Shown piece after piece: positions 49,355-61,800 of a stretch of DNA of 64,000 nt (within the stretch, counting starts at the first letter, position 1; every line of letters begins with the position of its first letter). The position numbers were made by a program, and so were the translations under genes. The notes under the pieces were generated by a model. It did not search any database. It had not been told where the DNA came from and saw nothing but the letters and a program-made list of their open reading frames with translations. This DNA is from Hypanus sabinus (taxonomy: Eukaryota), in assembly GCF_030144855.1 (NCBI RefSeq), contig NC_082706.1, positions 57,164,001 to 57,228,000 on the forward strand, given 5' to 3'.

Positions 49355-51530
49355 GATGGAGCGCTGCACAGTGAGAGTATCAGCAACAACAGAGTACAAC
49401 ACTGTAACAGTGAGGGAGCACTGTCCAGTGAGAGTATCAGCAACAACAGAGTACAACACTGTAACAGTGAGGGAGCACTGTCCAGTGAGAGTATCAGCAA
49501 CAACAGAGTACAACACTGTAACAGTGAGGGAGCACTGTCCAGTGAGAGTATCAGCAACAACAGAGTACAACACTGTAACAGTGAGGGAGCACTGTCCAGT
49601 GAGAGTATCAGCAACAACAGAGTACAACACTGTAACAGTGAGGGAGCGCTGTCCAGTGAGAGTATCAGCAACAACAGAGTACAACACTGTAACAGTGAGG
49701 GAGCGCTGTCCAGTGAGAGTATCAGTAACAATAGAGTACAACACTGTAACAGTGAGGGAGCGCTGTCCAGTGAGAGTATCAGAAACAACAGAGTACTACA
49801 CTGTAACAGTGAGGGAGCGCTGTCCAGTGAGAGTATCAGCAACAACAGAGTACAACACTGTAACAGTGAGGGAGCGCTGTCCAGTGAGAGTATCAGAAAC
49901 AATAGAGTACAACACTGTAACAGTGAGGGAGCGCTGTCCAGTGAGAGTATCAGAAACAACAGAGTACAACACTGTAACAGTGAGGGAGCGCTGTCCAGTG
50001 AGAGTATCAGCAACAATAGAGTACAACACTGTAACAGTGAGGGAGCGCTGTCCAGTGAGAGTATCAGCAACAACAGAGTACAACACTATAACAGTGAGGG
50101 AGCGCTGTCCAGTGAGAGTAACAGCAACAACAGAGTACAACACTGTAACAGTGAGGGAGCACTGTCCAGTGAGAGTATCAGCAACAATAGAGTACAACAC
50201 TGTAACAGTGAGGGAGCGCTGCACAGTGAGAGAATCAGTAACAATAGAGTACAACACTGTAACAGTGAGGGAGCGCTGTCCAGTGAGAGTATCAGTAACA
50301 ATAGAGTACAACACTGTAACAGTGAGGGAGCACTGTCCAGTGAGAGTATCAGCAACAATAGAGTACAACACTGTAACAGTGAGGGAGCGCTGCACAGTGA
50401 GAGAATCAGTAACAATAGAGTACAACACTGTAACAGTGAGGGAGCGCTGTCCAGTGAGAGTATCAGAAACAATAGAGAACAACACTGTAACAGTGAGGGA
50501 GCGCTGTCCAGTGAGAGTATCAGCAACAACAGAGTACAACACTGTAACAGTGAGGGAGCACTGTCCAGTGAGAGTATCAGCAACAATAGAGTACAACACT
50601 GTAACAGTGAGGGAGCGCTGTCCAGTGAGAGTATCAGAAACAATAGAGAACAACACTGTAACAGAGAGGGAGCGCTGCACAGTGAGAGTATCAGTAACAA
50701 TAGAGTACAACACAGTAACAGTGAGGGAGCGCTGTCCAGTGAGAGTATCAGAAACAATAGAGTACAACACTGTAACAGTGAGGGAGCGCTGCACAGTGAG
50801 AGTATCAGAAACAATAGAGAACAACACTGTAACAGTGAGGGAGCGCTGTCCAGTGAGAGTATCAGTAACAATAGAGAACAACACTGTAACAGTGAGGGAG
50901 CGCTGTCCAGTGAGAGTATCAGTAACAATAGAGTACAACACTGTAACAGTGAGGGAGCGCTGTCCAGTGAGAGTATCAGTAACAATAGAGAACAACACTG
51001 TAACAGTGAGGGAGCGCTGTCCAGTGAGAGTATCAGTAACAATAGAGTACAACACTGTAACAGAGAGGGAGCGCTGTCCAGTGAGAGTATCAGTAACAAT
51101 AGAGTACAACACTGTAACAGTGAGGGAGCGCTGCACAGTGAGAGTATCAGTAACAATAGAGTACAACACTGTAACAGTGAGGGAGCGCTGCACAGTGAGA
51201 GTATCAGTAACAATAGAGTACAACACTGTAACAGTGAGGGAGCGCTGCACAGTGAGAGTATCAGTAACAATAGAGTACAACACTGTAACAGTGAGGGAGC
51301 GCTGCACAGTGAGAGTATCAGCAACAATAGAGTACAACACTGTAACAGTGAGGGAGCACTGTCCAGTGAGAGTATCAGAAACAACAGAGTACAACACTGT
51401 AACAGTGAGGGAGCGCTGCACAGTGAGAGTATCAGAAACAATAGAGTACAACACTGTAACAGTGAGGCAGTACTACACAGTGACAGCAGCAGCAACAATA
51501 GAGTTCTGCAGTGTAGTACTGAGGGAGCGC
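49355..51530. repeat. 57-bp minisatellite B
   Basis: Unit cagtgagagtatcagcaacaacagagtacaacactgtaacagtgagggagcactgtc. Confidence 0.95.
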
Positions 51531-51807
51531 TGCATGCTTTGATGGATCACGGTGAGGGAGTATTTCACTCTCCGAGGAGGGAGAGCTGGACCTGCTGGAA
51601 TCGATGCAGCTTTGCAAAGCTGAGAATCTGCCCTGGGACAGTGTCTGAACAGTGTGTGCAGAGGATTAGTAAACTCGGAATGGTTTGATGGGGCAGTACT
51701 GATAGGGGACTGTGTTTCTGGGGGAGCAATAACTACACTAATGGAGAGACAATGCAGAGGAATTGCTGCATTATGTTAAGATGTCACCGAATGCTGTCCA
51801 TACTTAC

Positions 51808-52101
51808 ACCGCACGGTTAATGTGACTGTCTGCTCCGATGAAACAGATGTGTATTTGAATCTGCAGGTGAGATTTTGCCCGTGGAGTTTGAGCGCTGGGG
51901 TGAAGGTCAGAACAGATGTATATGTCAGAGTGCCAGCCCGTTCAGTTACACTGCTCGAGTTTAATGCCAATACATTCGAGGGCGTGATCCAGGTGAAGCT
52001 CGGTGTCGATCCACTACACGAGATGTTGAAGGTGCACCTTATGTTCACTGGTTTTCCTGCAACCATTTCAGCAGGGAATATCGAGGGGTTATCTGTGAAA
52101 T
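51808..52101 (-). CDS. Siglec-like C2-set Ig exon
   Basis: (D)FTDNPSI...NIRCTFNISCSGSTPSFTW...SVLTFTP...HGQNLTCRF...QTVTLTV. Acceptor ctctgtgttag|AT, donor T|GTAAGT, 294 nt, phase 1-1. The extra Cys matches the Siglec interdomain disulfide. Confidence 0.92.
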
Positions 52102-52434
52102 CTAACACAGAGAAAGGGATCCTTTTAGATAAATGTAACGAGTAAGAAATGACTGCTGGTTTGGAGGAACAAGCCTGACAGATTCTCTCCCTCTGCTCAA
52201 AGCACCTTCACACTCAGCACCTTTGATACTGCTGGGTGAGCAGGTCGGTAACACGGGTTTGTGACTGGCAGGATTCTGCCCTAATCACTGTCCACAGCAG
52301 AATGGACACCATGCTCGTTAACCCTTCAATGACCATTTAAAATAGGTTTGTAACTATCTGTACGAAGGTGTGATTGATGTTACAGCGGTTTATCATATAT
52401 CCCAATTTGATGGAAAATTATACCAGGCACTCAC

Positions 52435-52791
52435 CAGTGACATGGAGCTGAGTTGGGGGCAGATAGCTGTGTCGATCCACATTTTCAGATGCAATTTTGA
52501 AGTAATAATATCCTTCATCTTCCTGCACGATGTTGTCTATAACCAGGGAACAGTCGCCATCTTTCAGTTTTCCGGAGAGCCGGGTGCGATGTTGAAACAT
52601 CGGGAATACCTGACCGTGATCCTTGGAGTGGGCAGTGACAGTTTGAGACCGACACTCATCTTTCATCCAGATCCCAACCCAGGTTTCATTGTCCTCTTGC
52701 AAAAGAGAACTGTAGTGGCACGGAATCCGGGCACACAAACCCCTCTGCACGGTCACATCTGGTGGAGTGTTAGCTCTCCGATCGCCCGACA
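52435..52791 (-). CDS. Siglec-like V-set Ig exon
   Basis: VTVQRGLCARIPC...W...DCSLVIDN...DEGYYYFK...SY...LHVT, the CD33-type pattern. Acceptor ctcctctgtgcag|TG, donor G|GTGAGT, 357 nt, phase 1-1. Confidence 0.92.
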
Positions 52792-52867
52792 CTGCACAGA
52801 GGAGAACAGGAACATCTTTCACCACTGATCAGCCACACCCTCAGCACCAGCCTCAGGTCCCCACTGT

Positions 52868-55800
52868 GGATACATTCAGTATCTCCCCTCTGACAGTGTG
52901 TTGTATCTCAGTATCTCCCCTCTGACAGTGTGATGTATCTCAGTATCTCCCCTCCGACAGTCTGATGTATCTCAGTATCTCCCCTCTGTCAGTGTGATGT
53001 ATCTCTCTGTCTACCCTCTGACAGTGTGATGTATCTCAGTATCTACCCTCTGACAGTGTGATGTATCTCTCTATCTACCCTCTGACAGTCTGATGTATCT
53101 CAGTATCTCCCGTCTGACAGTGTGATGTCTCTCAGTATCTCCCCTCTGACAGTCTGATGTATCTCAGTATCTCCCCTCTGATAGTGTGATGTATCTCAGT
53201 ATCTCCCCTCTGACAGTGTGATGTCTCTCAGTATCTACCCTCTGACAGTGTGATGTATCTCAGTATCTCCCCTCTGACAGTGTGATGTCTCTCAGTATCT
53301 CCCCTCTGACAGTGTGATGTATCTCAGTAACTCCCCTCTGACAGTGTGATGTATCTCTCTATCTACCCTCTGACAGTGTGATGTATCTCTCTATCTACCC
53401 TCTGACAGTGTGATGTATCTCTCTATCTACCCTCTGACAGTGTGATGTATCTCAGTAACTCCCCTCTGACAGTGTGATGTATCTCTCTATCTACCCTCTG
53501 ACAGTGTGATGTATCTCTCTATCTACCCTCTGACAGTGTGATGTATCTCAGTAACTCCCCTCTGACAGTGTGATGTATCTCAGTATCTACCCTCTGACAG
53601 TGTGATGTATCTCAGTATCTACCCTCTGACAGTGTGATGTATCTCAGTATCTCCCCTCTGACAGTCTGATGTATCTCAGTATCTCCCCTCTGACAGTGTG
53701 ATGTGTCTCAGTATCTCCCCTCTGACAGTCTGATGTATCTCAGTATCTCCCCTCTGACAGTGTGATGTATCTCAGTAACTCCCCTCTGACAGTGTGATGT
53801 ATCTCAGTATCTCCCCTCTGATAGTGTGATGACTCTCCGTATCTCCCCTCTGACAGTGTAATGTATCTCTCTATCTACCCTCTGACAGTCTGATGTATCT
53901 CAGTATCTCCCCTCTGACAGTGTAATGTATCTCTCTATCTACCCTCTGACAGTCTGATGTATCTCAGTATCTCCCCTCTGACAGTGTGATGTATCTCAGT
54001 ATCTCCCCTCTGACAGTGTGATGTATCTCAGTATCTACCCTCTGACAGTGTGATGTATCTCAGTATCTCCCCTCTGACAGTGTGATGTCTCTCAGTATCT
54101 CCCCTCTGACAGTGTGATGTATCTCAGTATCTACCCTCTGACAGTGTGATGTATCTCCGTAACTCCCCTCTGACAGTGTGATGTATCTCAGTATCTACCC
54201 TCTGACAGTGTGATGTATCTCAGTATCTCCCCTCTGACAGTGTGATGTATCTCAGTATCTCCCCTCTGACAGTCTGATGTATCTCAGTATCTCCCCTCTG
54301 ACAGTGTGATGTATATCAGTAACTCCCCTCTGACAGTGTGATGTGTCTCAGTATCTCCCCTCTGACAGTGTGATGTCTCTCAGTATCTCCCCTCTGACAG
54401 TGTGATGTGTCTCAGTATCTCCCCTCTGACAGTGTGATGTCTCTCAGTATCTCCCCTCTGACAGTGTGATGTGTCTCAGTAACTCCCCTCTGACAGTGTG
54501 ATGTGTCTCAGTATCTCCCCTCTGACAGTGTGATGTCTCTCAGTATCTCCCCTCTGACAGTGTGATGTATCTCAGTATCTCCCCTCTGACAGTGTGATGT
54601 ATCTCAGTATCTCCCCTCTAACTGTGTGATGTATCTCAGTATCTCCCCTCTGACAGTGTGATGTATCTCAGTATCTCCCCTCTGACAGTGTGATGTCTCT
54701 CAGTATCTACCCTCTGACAGTGTGATGTATCTCAGTATCTCCCCTCTGACAGTGTGATGTCTCTCAGTATCTCCCCTCTGACAGTGTGATGTATCTCAGT
54801 AACTCCCCTCTGACAGTGTGATGTATCTCTCTATCTACCCTCTGACAGTGTGATGTATCTCTCTATCTACCCTCTGACAGTGTGATGTATCTCTCTATCT
54901 ACCCTCTGACAGTGTGATGTATCTCAGTAACTCCCCTCTGACAGTGTGATGTATCTCTCTATCTACCCTCTGACAGTGTGATGTATCTCTCTATCTACCC
55001 TCTGACAGTGTGATGTATCTCAGTAACTCCCCTCTGACAGTGTGATGTATCTCAGTATCTACCCTCTGACAGTGTGATGTATCTCAGTATCAACCCTCTG
55101 ACAGTGTGATGTATCTCAGTATCTCCCCTCTGACAGTCTGATGTATCTCAGTATCTCCCCTCTGACAGTGTAATGTGTCTCAGTATCTCCCCTCTGACAG
55201 TCTGATGTATCTCAGTATCTCCCCTCTGACAGTGTGATGTATCTCAGTAACTCCCCTCTGACAGTGTGATGTATCTCAGTATCTCCCCTCTGATAGTGTG
55301 ATGACTCTCCGTATCTCCCCTCTGACAGTGTAATGTATCTCTCTATCTACCCTCTGACAGTCTGATGTATCTCAGTATCTCCTCTCTGACAGTGTAATGT
55401 ATCTCTCTATCTACCCTCTGACAGTCTGATGTATCTCAGTATCTCCCCTCTGACAGTGTGATGTATCTCAGTATCTCCCCTCTGACAGTGTGATGTTTCT
55501 CAGTATCTACCCTCTGACAGTGTGATGTATCTCAGTATCTCCCCTCTGACAGTGTGATGTCTCTCAGTATCTCCCCTCTGACAGTGTGATGTATCTCAGT
55601 ATCTACCCTCTGACAGTGTGATGTATCTCAGTATCTCCCCTCTGACAGTCTGATGTATCTCAGTATCTCCCCTCTGACAGTGTGATGTATATCAGTAACT
55701 CCCCTCTGACAGTGTGATGTGTCTCAGTATCTCCCCTCTGACAGTGTGATGTCTCTCAGTATCTCCCCTCTGACAGTGTGATGTGTCTCAGTATCTCCCC

Positions 55801-58800
55801 TCTGACAGTGTGATGTCTCTCAGTATCTCCCCTCTGACAGTGTGATGTGTCTCAGTAACTCCCCTCTGACAGTGTGATGTGTCTCAGTATCTCCCCTCTG
55901 ACAGTGTGATGTCTCTCAGTATCTCCCCTCTGACAGTGTGATGTATCTCAGTATCTCCCCTCTGACAGTGTGATGTATCTCAGTATCTCCCCTCTAACTG
56001 TGTGATGTATCTCAGTATCTCCCCTCTGACAGTGTGATGTATCTCAGTATCTCCCCTCTGACAGTGTGATGTCTCTCAGTATCTCCCCTCTGACAGTGTG
56101 ATGTCTCTCAGTATCTCCCATCTGACAGTGTGATGTATCTCAGTATCTCCCCTCTGACTGTGTGATGTATCTCAGTATCTCCCCTCTGACAGTGTGATGT
56201 CTCTCAGTATCTCCCCTCTGACAGTGTGATGTCTCTCAGTATCTGCCCTCTGACAGTGTGATGTATCTCAGTATCTCCCCTCTGACAGTGTAATGTCTCT
56301 CAGTATCTCCCCTCTGACAGTGTGATGTCTCTCAGTATCTCCCATCTGACAGTGTGATGTATCTCAGTATCTCCCCTCTGACAGTGTGATGTCTCTCAGT
56401 ATCTCCCCTCTGACAGTGTGATGTCTCTCAGTATCTCCCATCTGACAGTGTGATGTGTCTCAGTATCTCCCCTCTGACAGTGTGATGTCTCTCAGTATCT
56501 CCCCTCTGACTGTGTGATGTATCTCAGTATCTCCCCTCTGACAGTGTGATGTATCTCAGTATCTCCCCTCTGACAGTGTGATGTCTCTCAGTATCTCCCC
56601 TCTGACAGTGTGATGTCTCTCACTATCTCCCATCTGACAGTGTGATGTCTCTCAGAATCTGCCCTCTGACAGTGTGATGTATCTCAGTATCTCCCCTCTG
56701 ACAGTGTGATGTCTCGCAGTATCTCCCCTCTGACAGTGTGATGTCTCTCAGTATCTCCCATCTGACAGTGTGATGTATCTCAGTATCTCCCCTCTGACAG
56801 TGTGATGTCTCTCAGTATCTCCCCGCTGACAGTGTGATGTCTCTCAGTATCTCCCATCTGACAGTGTGATGTGTCTCAGTATCTCCCCTCTGACAGTGTG
56901 ATGTCTCTCAGTATCTGCCCTCTGACAGTGTGATGTATCTCAGTATCTCCCCTCTGACAGTGTGATGTATCTCAGTATCTCCCCTCTGACAGTGTGATGT
57001 CTCTCAGTATCTCCCATCTGACAGTGTGATGTGTCTCAGTATCTCCCCTCTGACAGTGAGATGTCTCTCAGTATCTCCCATCTGACAGTGTGATGTCTCT
57101 CAGTATCTCCCCTCTGACAGTGTGATGTCTCTCAGTATCTCCCATCTGACAGTGTGATGTGTCTCAGTATCTCCCCTCTGACAGTGTGATGTCTCTCAGT
57201 ATCTGCCCTCTGACAGTGTGATGTATCTCAGTATCTTCCCTCTGACAGTGTGATGTATCTCAGTATCTCCCCTCTGACAGTGTGATGTATCTCAGTATCT
57301 CCCCTCTGACAGTGTGATGTCTCTCAGTATCTCCCATCTGACAGTGTGATGTGTCTCAGTATCTCCCCTCTGACAGTGAGATGTCTCTCAGTATCTCCCA
57401 TCTGACAGTGTGATGTCTCTCAGTATCTCCCCTCTGACAGTGTGATGTCTCTCAGTATCTCCCATCTGACAGTGTGATGTGTCTCAGTATCTCCCCTCTG
57501 ACAGTGTGATGTCTCTCAGTATCTGCCCTCTGACAGTGTGATGTATCTCAGTATCTTCCCTCTGACAGTGTGATGTATCTCAGTATCTCCCCTCTGACAG
57601 TGTGATGTATCTCAGTATCTCCCCTCCGACAGTGTGATGTCTCTCAGTATCTCCCATCTGACAGTGTGATGTGTCTCAGTATCTCCCCTCTGACAGTGAG
57701 ATGTCTCTCAGTATCTCCCATCTGACAGTGTGATATCTCTCAGTATCTCCCCTCTGACAGTGTGATGTCTCTCAGTATCTCCCATCTGACAGTGTGATGT
57801 GTCTCAGTATCTCCCCTCTGACAGTGTGATGTCTCTCAGTATCTGCCCTCTGACAGTGTGATGTATCTCAGTATCTTCCCTCTGACAGTGTGATGTATCT
57901 CAGTATCTCCCCTCTGACAGTGTGATGTATCTCAGTATCTCCCCTCTGACAGTGTGATGTCTCTCAGTATCTCCCATCTGACAGTGTGATGTGTCTCAGT
58001 ATCTCCCCTCTGACAATGAGATGTCTCTCAGTATCTCCCATCTGACAGTGTGATGTCTCTCAGTATCTCCCCTCTGACAGTGTGATGTCTCTCAGTATCT
58101 CCCCTCTGACAGTGTGATGTCTCTCAGTATCTCCCCTCTGACAGTGTGATGTCTCTCAGTATCTCCCATCTGACAGTGTGATGTATCTCAGTATCTCCCC
58201 TCTGACTGTGTGATGTATCTCAGTATCTCCCCTCTGACAGTGTGATGTCTCTCAGTATCTCCCCTCTGACAGTGTGATGTCTCTCAGTATCTGCCCTCTG
58301 ACAGTGTGATGTATCTGCGTATCTCCCCTCTGACAGTGTAATGTCTCTCAGTATCTCCCCTCTGACAGTGTGATGTCTCTCAGTATCTCCCATCTGACAG
58401 TGTGATGTATCTCAGTATCTCCCCTCTGACAGTGTGATGTCTCTCAGTATCTCCCCTCTGACAGTGTGATGTCTCTCAGTATCTCCCATCTGACAGTGTG
58501 ATGTGTCTCAGTATCTCCCCTCTGACAGTGTGATGTCTCTCAGTATCTCCCCTCTGACTGTGTGATGTATCTCAGTATCTCCCCTCTGACAGTGTGATGT
58601 ATCTCAGTATCTCCCCTCTGACAGTGTGATGTCTCTCAGTATCTCCCCTCTGACAGTGTGATGTCTCTCACTATCTCCCATCTGACAGTGTGATGTCTCT
58701 CAGTATCTGCCCTCTGACAGTGTGATGTATCTCAGTATCTCCGCTCTGACAGTGTGATGTCTCGCAGTATCTCCCCTCTGACAGTGTGATGTCTCTCAGT

Positions 58801-61800
58801 ATCTCCCATCTGACAGTGTGATGTATCTCAGTATCTCCCCTCTGACAGTGTGATGTCTCTCAGTATCTCCCCTCTGACAGTGTGATGTCTCTCAGTATCT
58901 CCCATCTGACAGTGTGATGTGTCTCAGTATCTCCCCTCTGACAGTGTGATGTCTCTCAGTATCTGCCCTCTGACAGTGTGATGTATCTCAGTATCTCCCC
59001 TCTGACAGTGTGATGTATCTCAGTATCTCCCCTCTGACAGTGTGATGTCTCTCAGTATCTCCCATCTGACAGTGTGATGTGTCTCAGTATCTCCCCTCTG
59101 ACAGTGAGATGTCTCTCAGTATCTCCCATCTGACAGTGTGATGTCTCTCAGTATCTCCCCTCTGACAGTGTGATGTCTCTCAGTATCTCCCATCTGACAG
59201 TGTGATGTGTCTCAGTATCTCCCCTCTGACAGTGTGATGTCTCTCAGTATCAGCCCTCTGACAGTTTGATGTATCTCAGTATCTTCCCTCTGACAGTGTG
59301 ATGTATCTCAGTATCTCCCCTCTGACAGTGTGATGTATCTCAGTATCTCCCCTCTGACAGTGTGATGTCTCTCAGTATCTCCCATCTGACAGTGTGATGT
59401 GTCTCAGTATCTCCCCTCTGACAGTGAGATGTCTCTCAGTATCTCCCATCTGACAGTGTGATGTCTCTCAGTATCTCCCCTCTGACAGTGTGATGTCTCT
59501 CAGTATCTCCCATCTGACAGTGTGATGTGTCTCAGTATCTCCCCTCTGACAGTGTGATGTCTCTCAGTATCTGCCCTCTGACAGTGTGATGTATCTCAGT
59601 ATCTTCCCTCTGACAGTGTGATGTATCTCAGTATCTCCCCTCTGACAGTGTGATGTATCTCAGTATCTCCCCTCTGACAGTGTGATGTCTCTCAGTACCT
59701 CCCATCTGACAGTGTGATGTGTCTCAGTATCTCCCCTCTGACAGTGAGATGTCTCTCAGTATCTCCCATCTGACAGTGTGATGTGTCTCAGTATCTCCCC
59801 TCTGACAGTGTGATGTCTCTCAGTATCTCCCCTCTGACAGTGTGATGTCTCTCACTATCTCCCATCTGACAGTGTGATGTCTCTCAGTATCTGCCCTCTG
59901 ACAGTGTGATGTATCTCAGTATCTCCCCTCTGACAGTGTGATGTCTCGCAGTTTCTCCCCTCTGACAGTGTGATGTCTCTCAGTATCTCCCATCTGACAG
60001 TGTGATGTATCTCAGTATCTCCCCTCTGACAGTGTGATGTCTCTCAGTATCTCCCCTCTGACAGTGTGATGTCTCTCAGTATCTCCCATCTGACAGTGAG
60101 ATGTGTCTCAGTATCTCCCCTCTGACAGTGTGATGTCTCTCAGTATCTGCCCTCTGACAGTGTGATGTATCTCAGTATCTCCCCTCTGACAGTGTGATGT
60201 ATCTCAGTATCTCCCCTCTGACAGTGTGATGTCTCTCAGTATCTCCCATCTGACAGTGTGATGTGTCTCAGTATCTCCCCTCTGACAGTGAGATGTCTCT
60301 CAGTATCTCCCATCTGACAGTGTGATGTCTCTCAGTATCTCCCCTCTGACAGTGTGATGTCTCTCAGTATCTCCCATCTGACAGTGTGATGTGTCTCAGT
60401 ATCTCCCCTCTGACAGTGTGATGTCTCTCAGTATCTGCCCTCTGACAGTGTGATGTATCTCAGTATCTTCCCTCTGACAGTGTGATGTATCTCAGTATCT
60501 CCCCTCTGACAGTGTGATGTATCTCAGTATCTCCCCTCTGACAGTGTGATGTCTCTCAGTATCTCCCATCTGACAGTGTGATGTGTCTCAGTATCTCCCC
60601 TCTGACAGTGAGATGTCTCTCAGTATCTCCCATCTGACAGTGTGATGTCTCTCAGTATTTCCCTCTGACAGTGTGATGTCTCTCAGTATCTCCCATCTGA
60701 CAGTGTGATGTGTCTCAGTATCTCCACTCTGACAGTGTGATGTCTCTCAGTATCTGCCCTCTGACAGTGTGATGTATCTCAGTATCTTCCCTCTGACAGT
60801 GTGATGTATCTCAGTATCTCCCCTCTGACAGTGTGATGTATCTCAGTATCTCCCCTCTGACAGTGTGATGTCTCTCAGTATCTCCCATCTGACAGTGTGA
60901 TGTGTCTCAGTATCTCCCCTCTGACAGTGAGATGTCTCTCAGTATCTCCCATCTGACAGTGTGATGTATCTCAGTATCTCCCCTCTGACAGTGTGATGTC
61001 TCTCAGTATCTGCCCTCTGACAGTGTGATGTCTCTCAGTATCTCCCCTCTGACAGTGTGATGTCTCTCAGTATCTCCCATCTGACAGTGTGATGTATCTC
61101 AGTATCTCCCCTCTGACAGTGTGATGTATCTCAGTATCTCCCCTCTGACAGTGTGATGTCTCTCAGTATCACCCCTCTGACAGTGTGATGTATCTCAGTA
61201 TCTCCCCTCTGACAGTGTGATGTCTCTCTCTATCTCCCCTCTGACAGTGTGATGTATCTCAGTATCTCCCCTCTGACAGTGTGATGTCTCTCAGTATCTA
61301 CCCTCTGACAGTGTGATGTATCTCAGTATCTCCCCTCTGACAGTGAGATGTCTCTCAGTATCTCCCATCTGACAGTGTGATGTCTCTCAGTATCTCCCCT
61401 CTGACAGTGTGATGTCTCTCAGTATCTCCCATCTGACAGTGTGATGTGTCTCAGTATCTCCCCTCTGACAGTGTGATGTCTCTCAGTATCTGCCCTCTGA
61501 CAGTGTGATGTATCTCAGTATCTTCCCTCTGACAGTGTGATGTATCTCAGTATCTCCCCTCTGACAGTGTGATGTATCTCAGTATCTCCCCTCTGACAGT
61601 GTGATGTCTCTCAGTATCTCCCATCTGACAGTGTGATGTGTCTCAGTATCTCCCCTCTGACAGTGAGATGTCTCACAGTATCTCCCATCTGACAGTGTGA
61701 TGTCTCTCAGTATCTCCCCTCTGACAGTGTGATGTCTCTCAGTATCTCCCATCTGACAGTGTGATGTGTCTCAGTATCTCCCCTCTGACAGTGTGATGTC

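Noticed and set aside
46230-51530. CACAGTG (RSS heptamer) in the 57-bp units
   Set aside because: Best nonamer match at 12 or 23 spacing is about 5/9; no V(D)J segments nearby.
46160-51688. ORFs of 437-801 aa on both strands
   Set aside because: 57-bp period is divisible by 3 and lacks stops; open on both strands, so an artefact.
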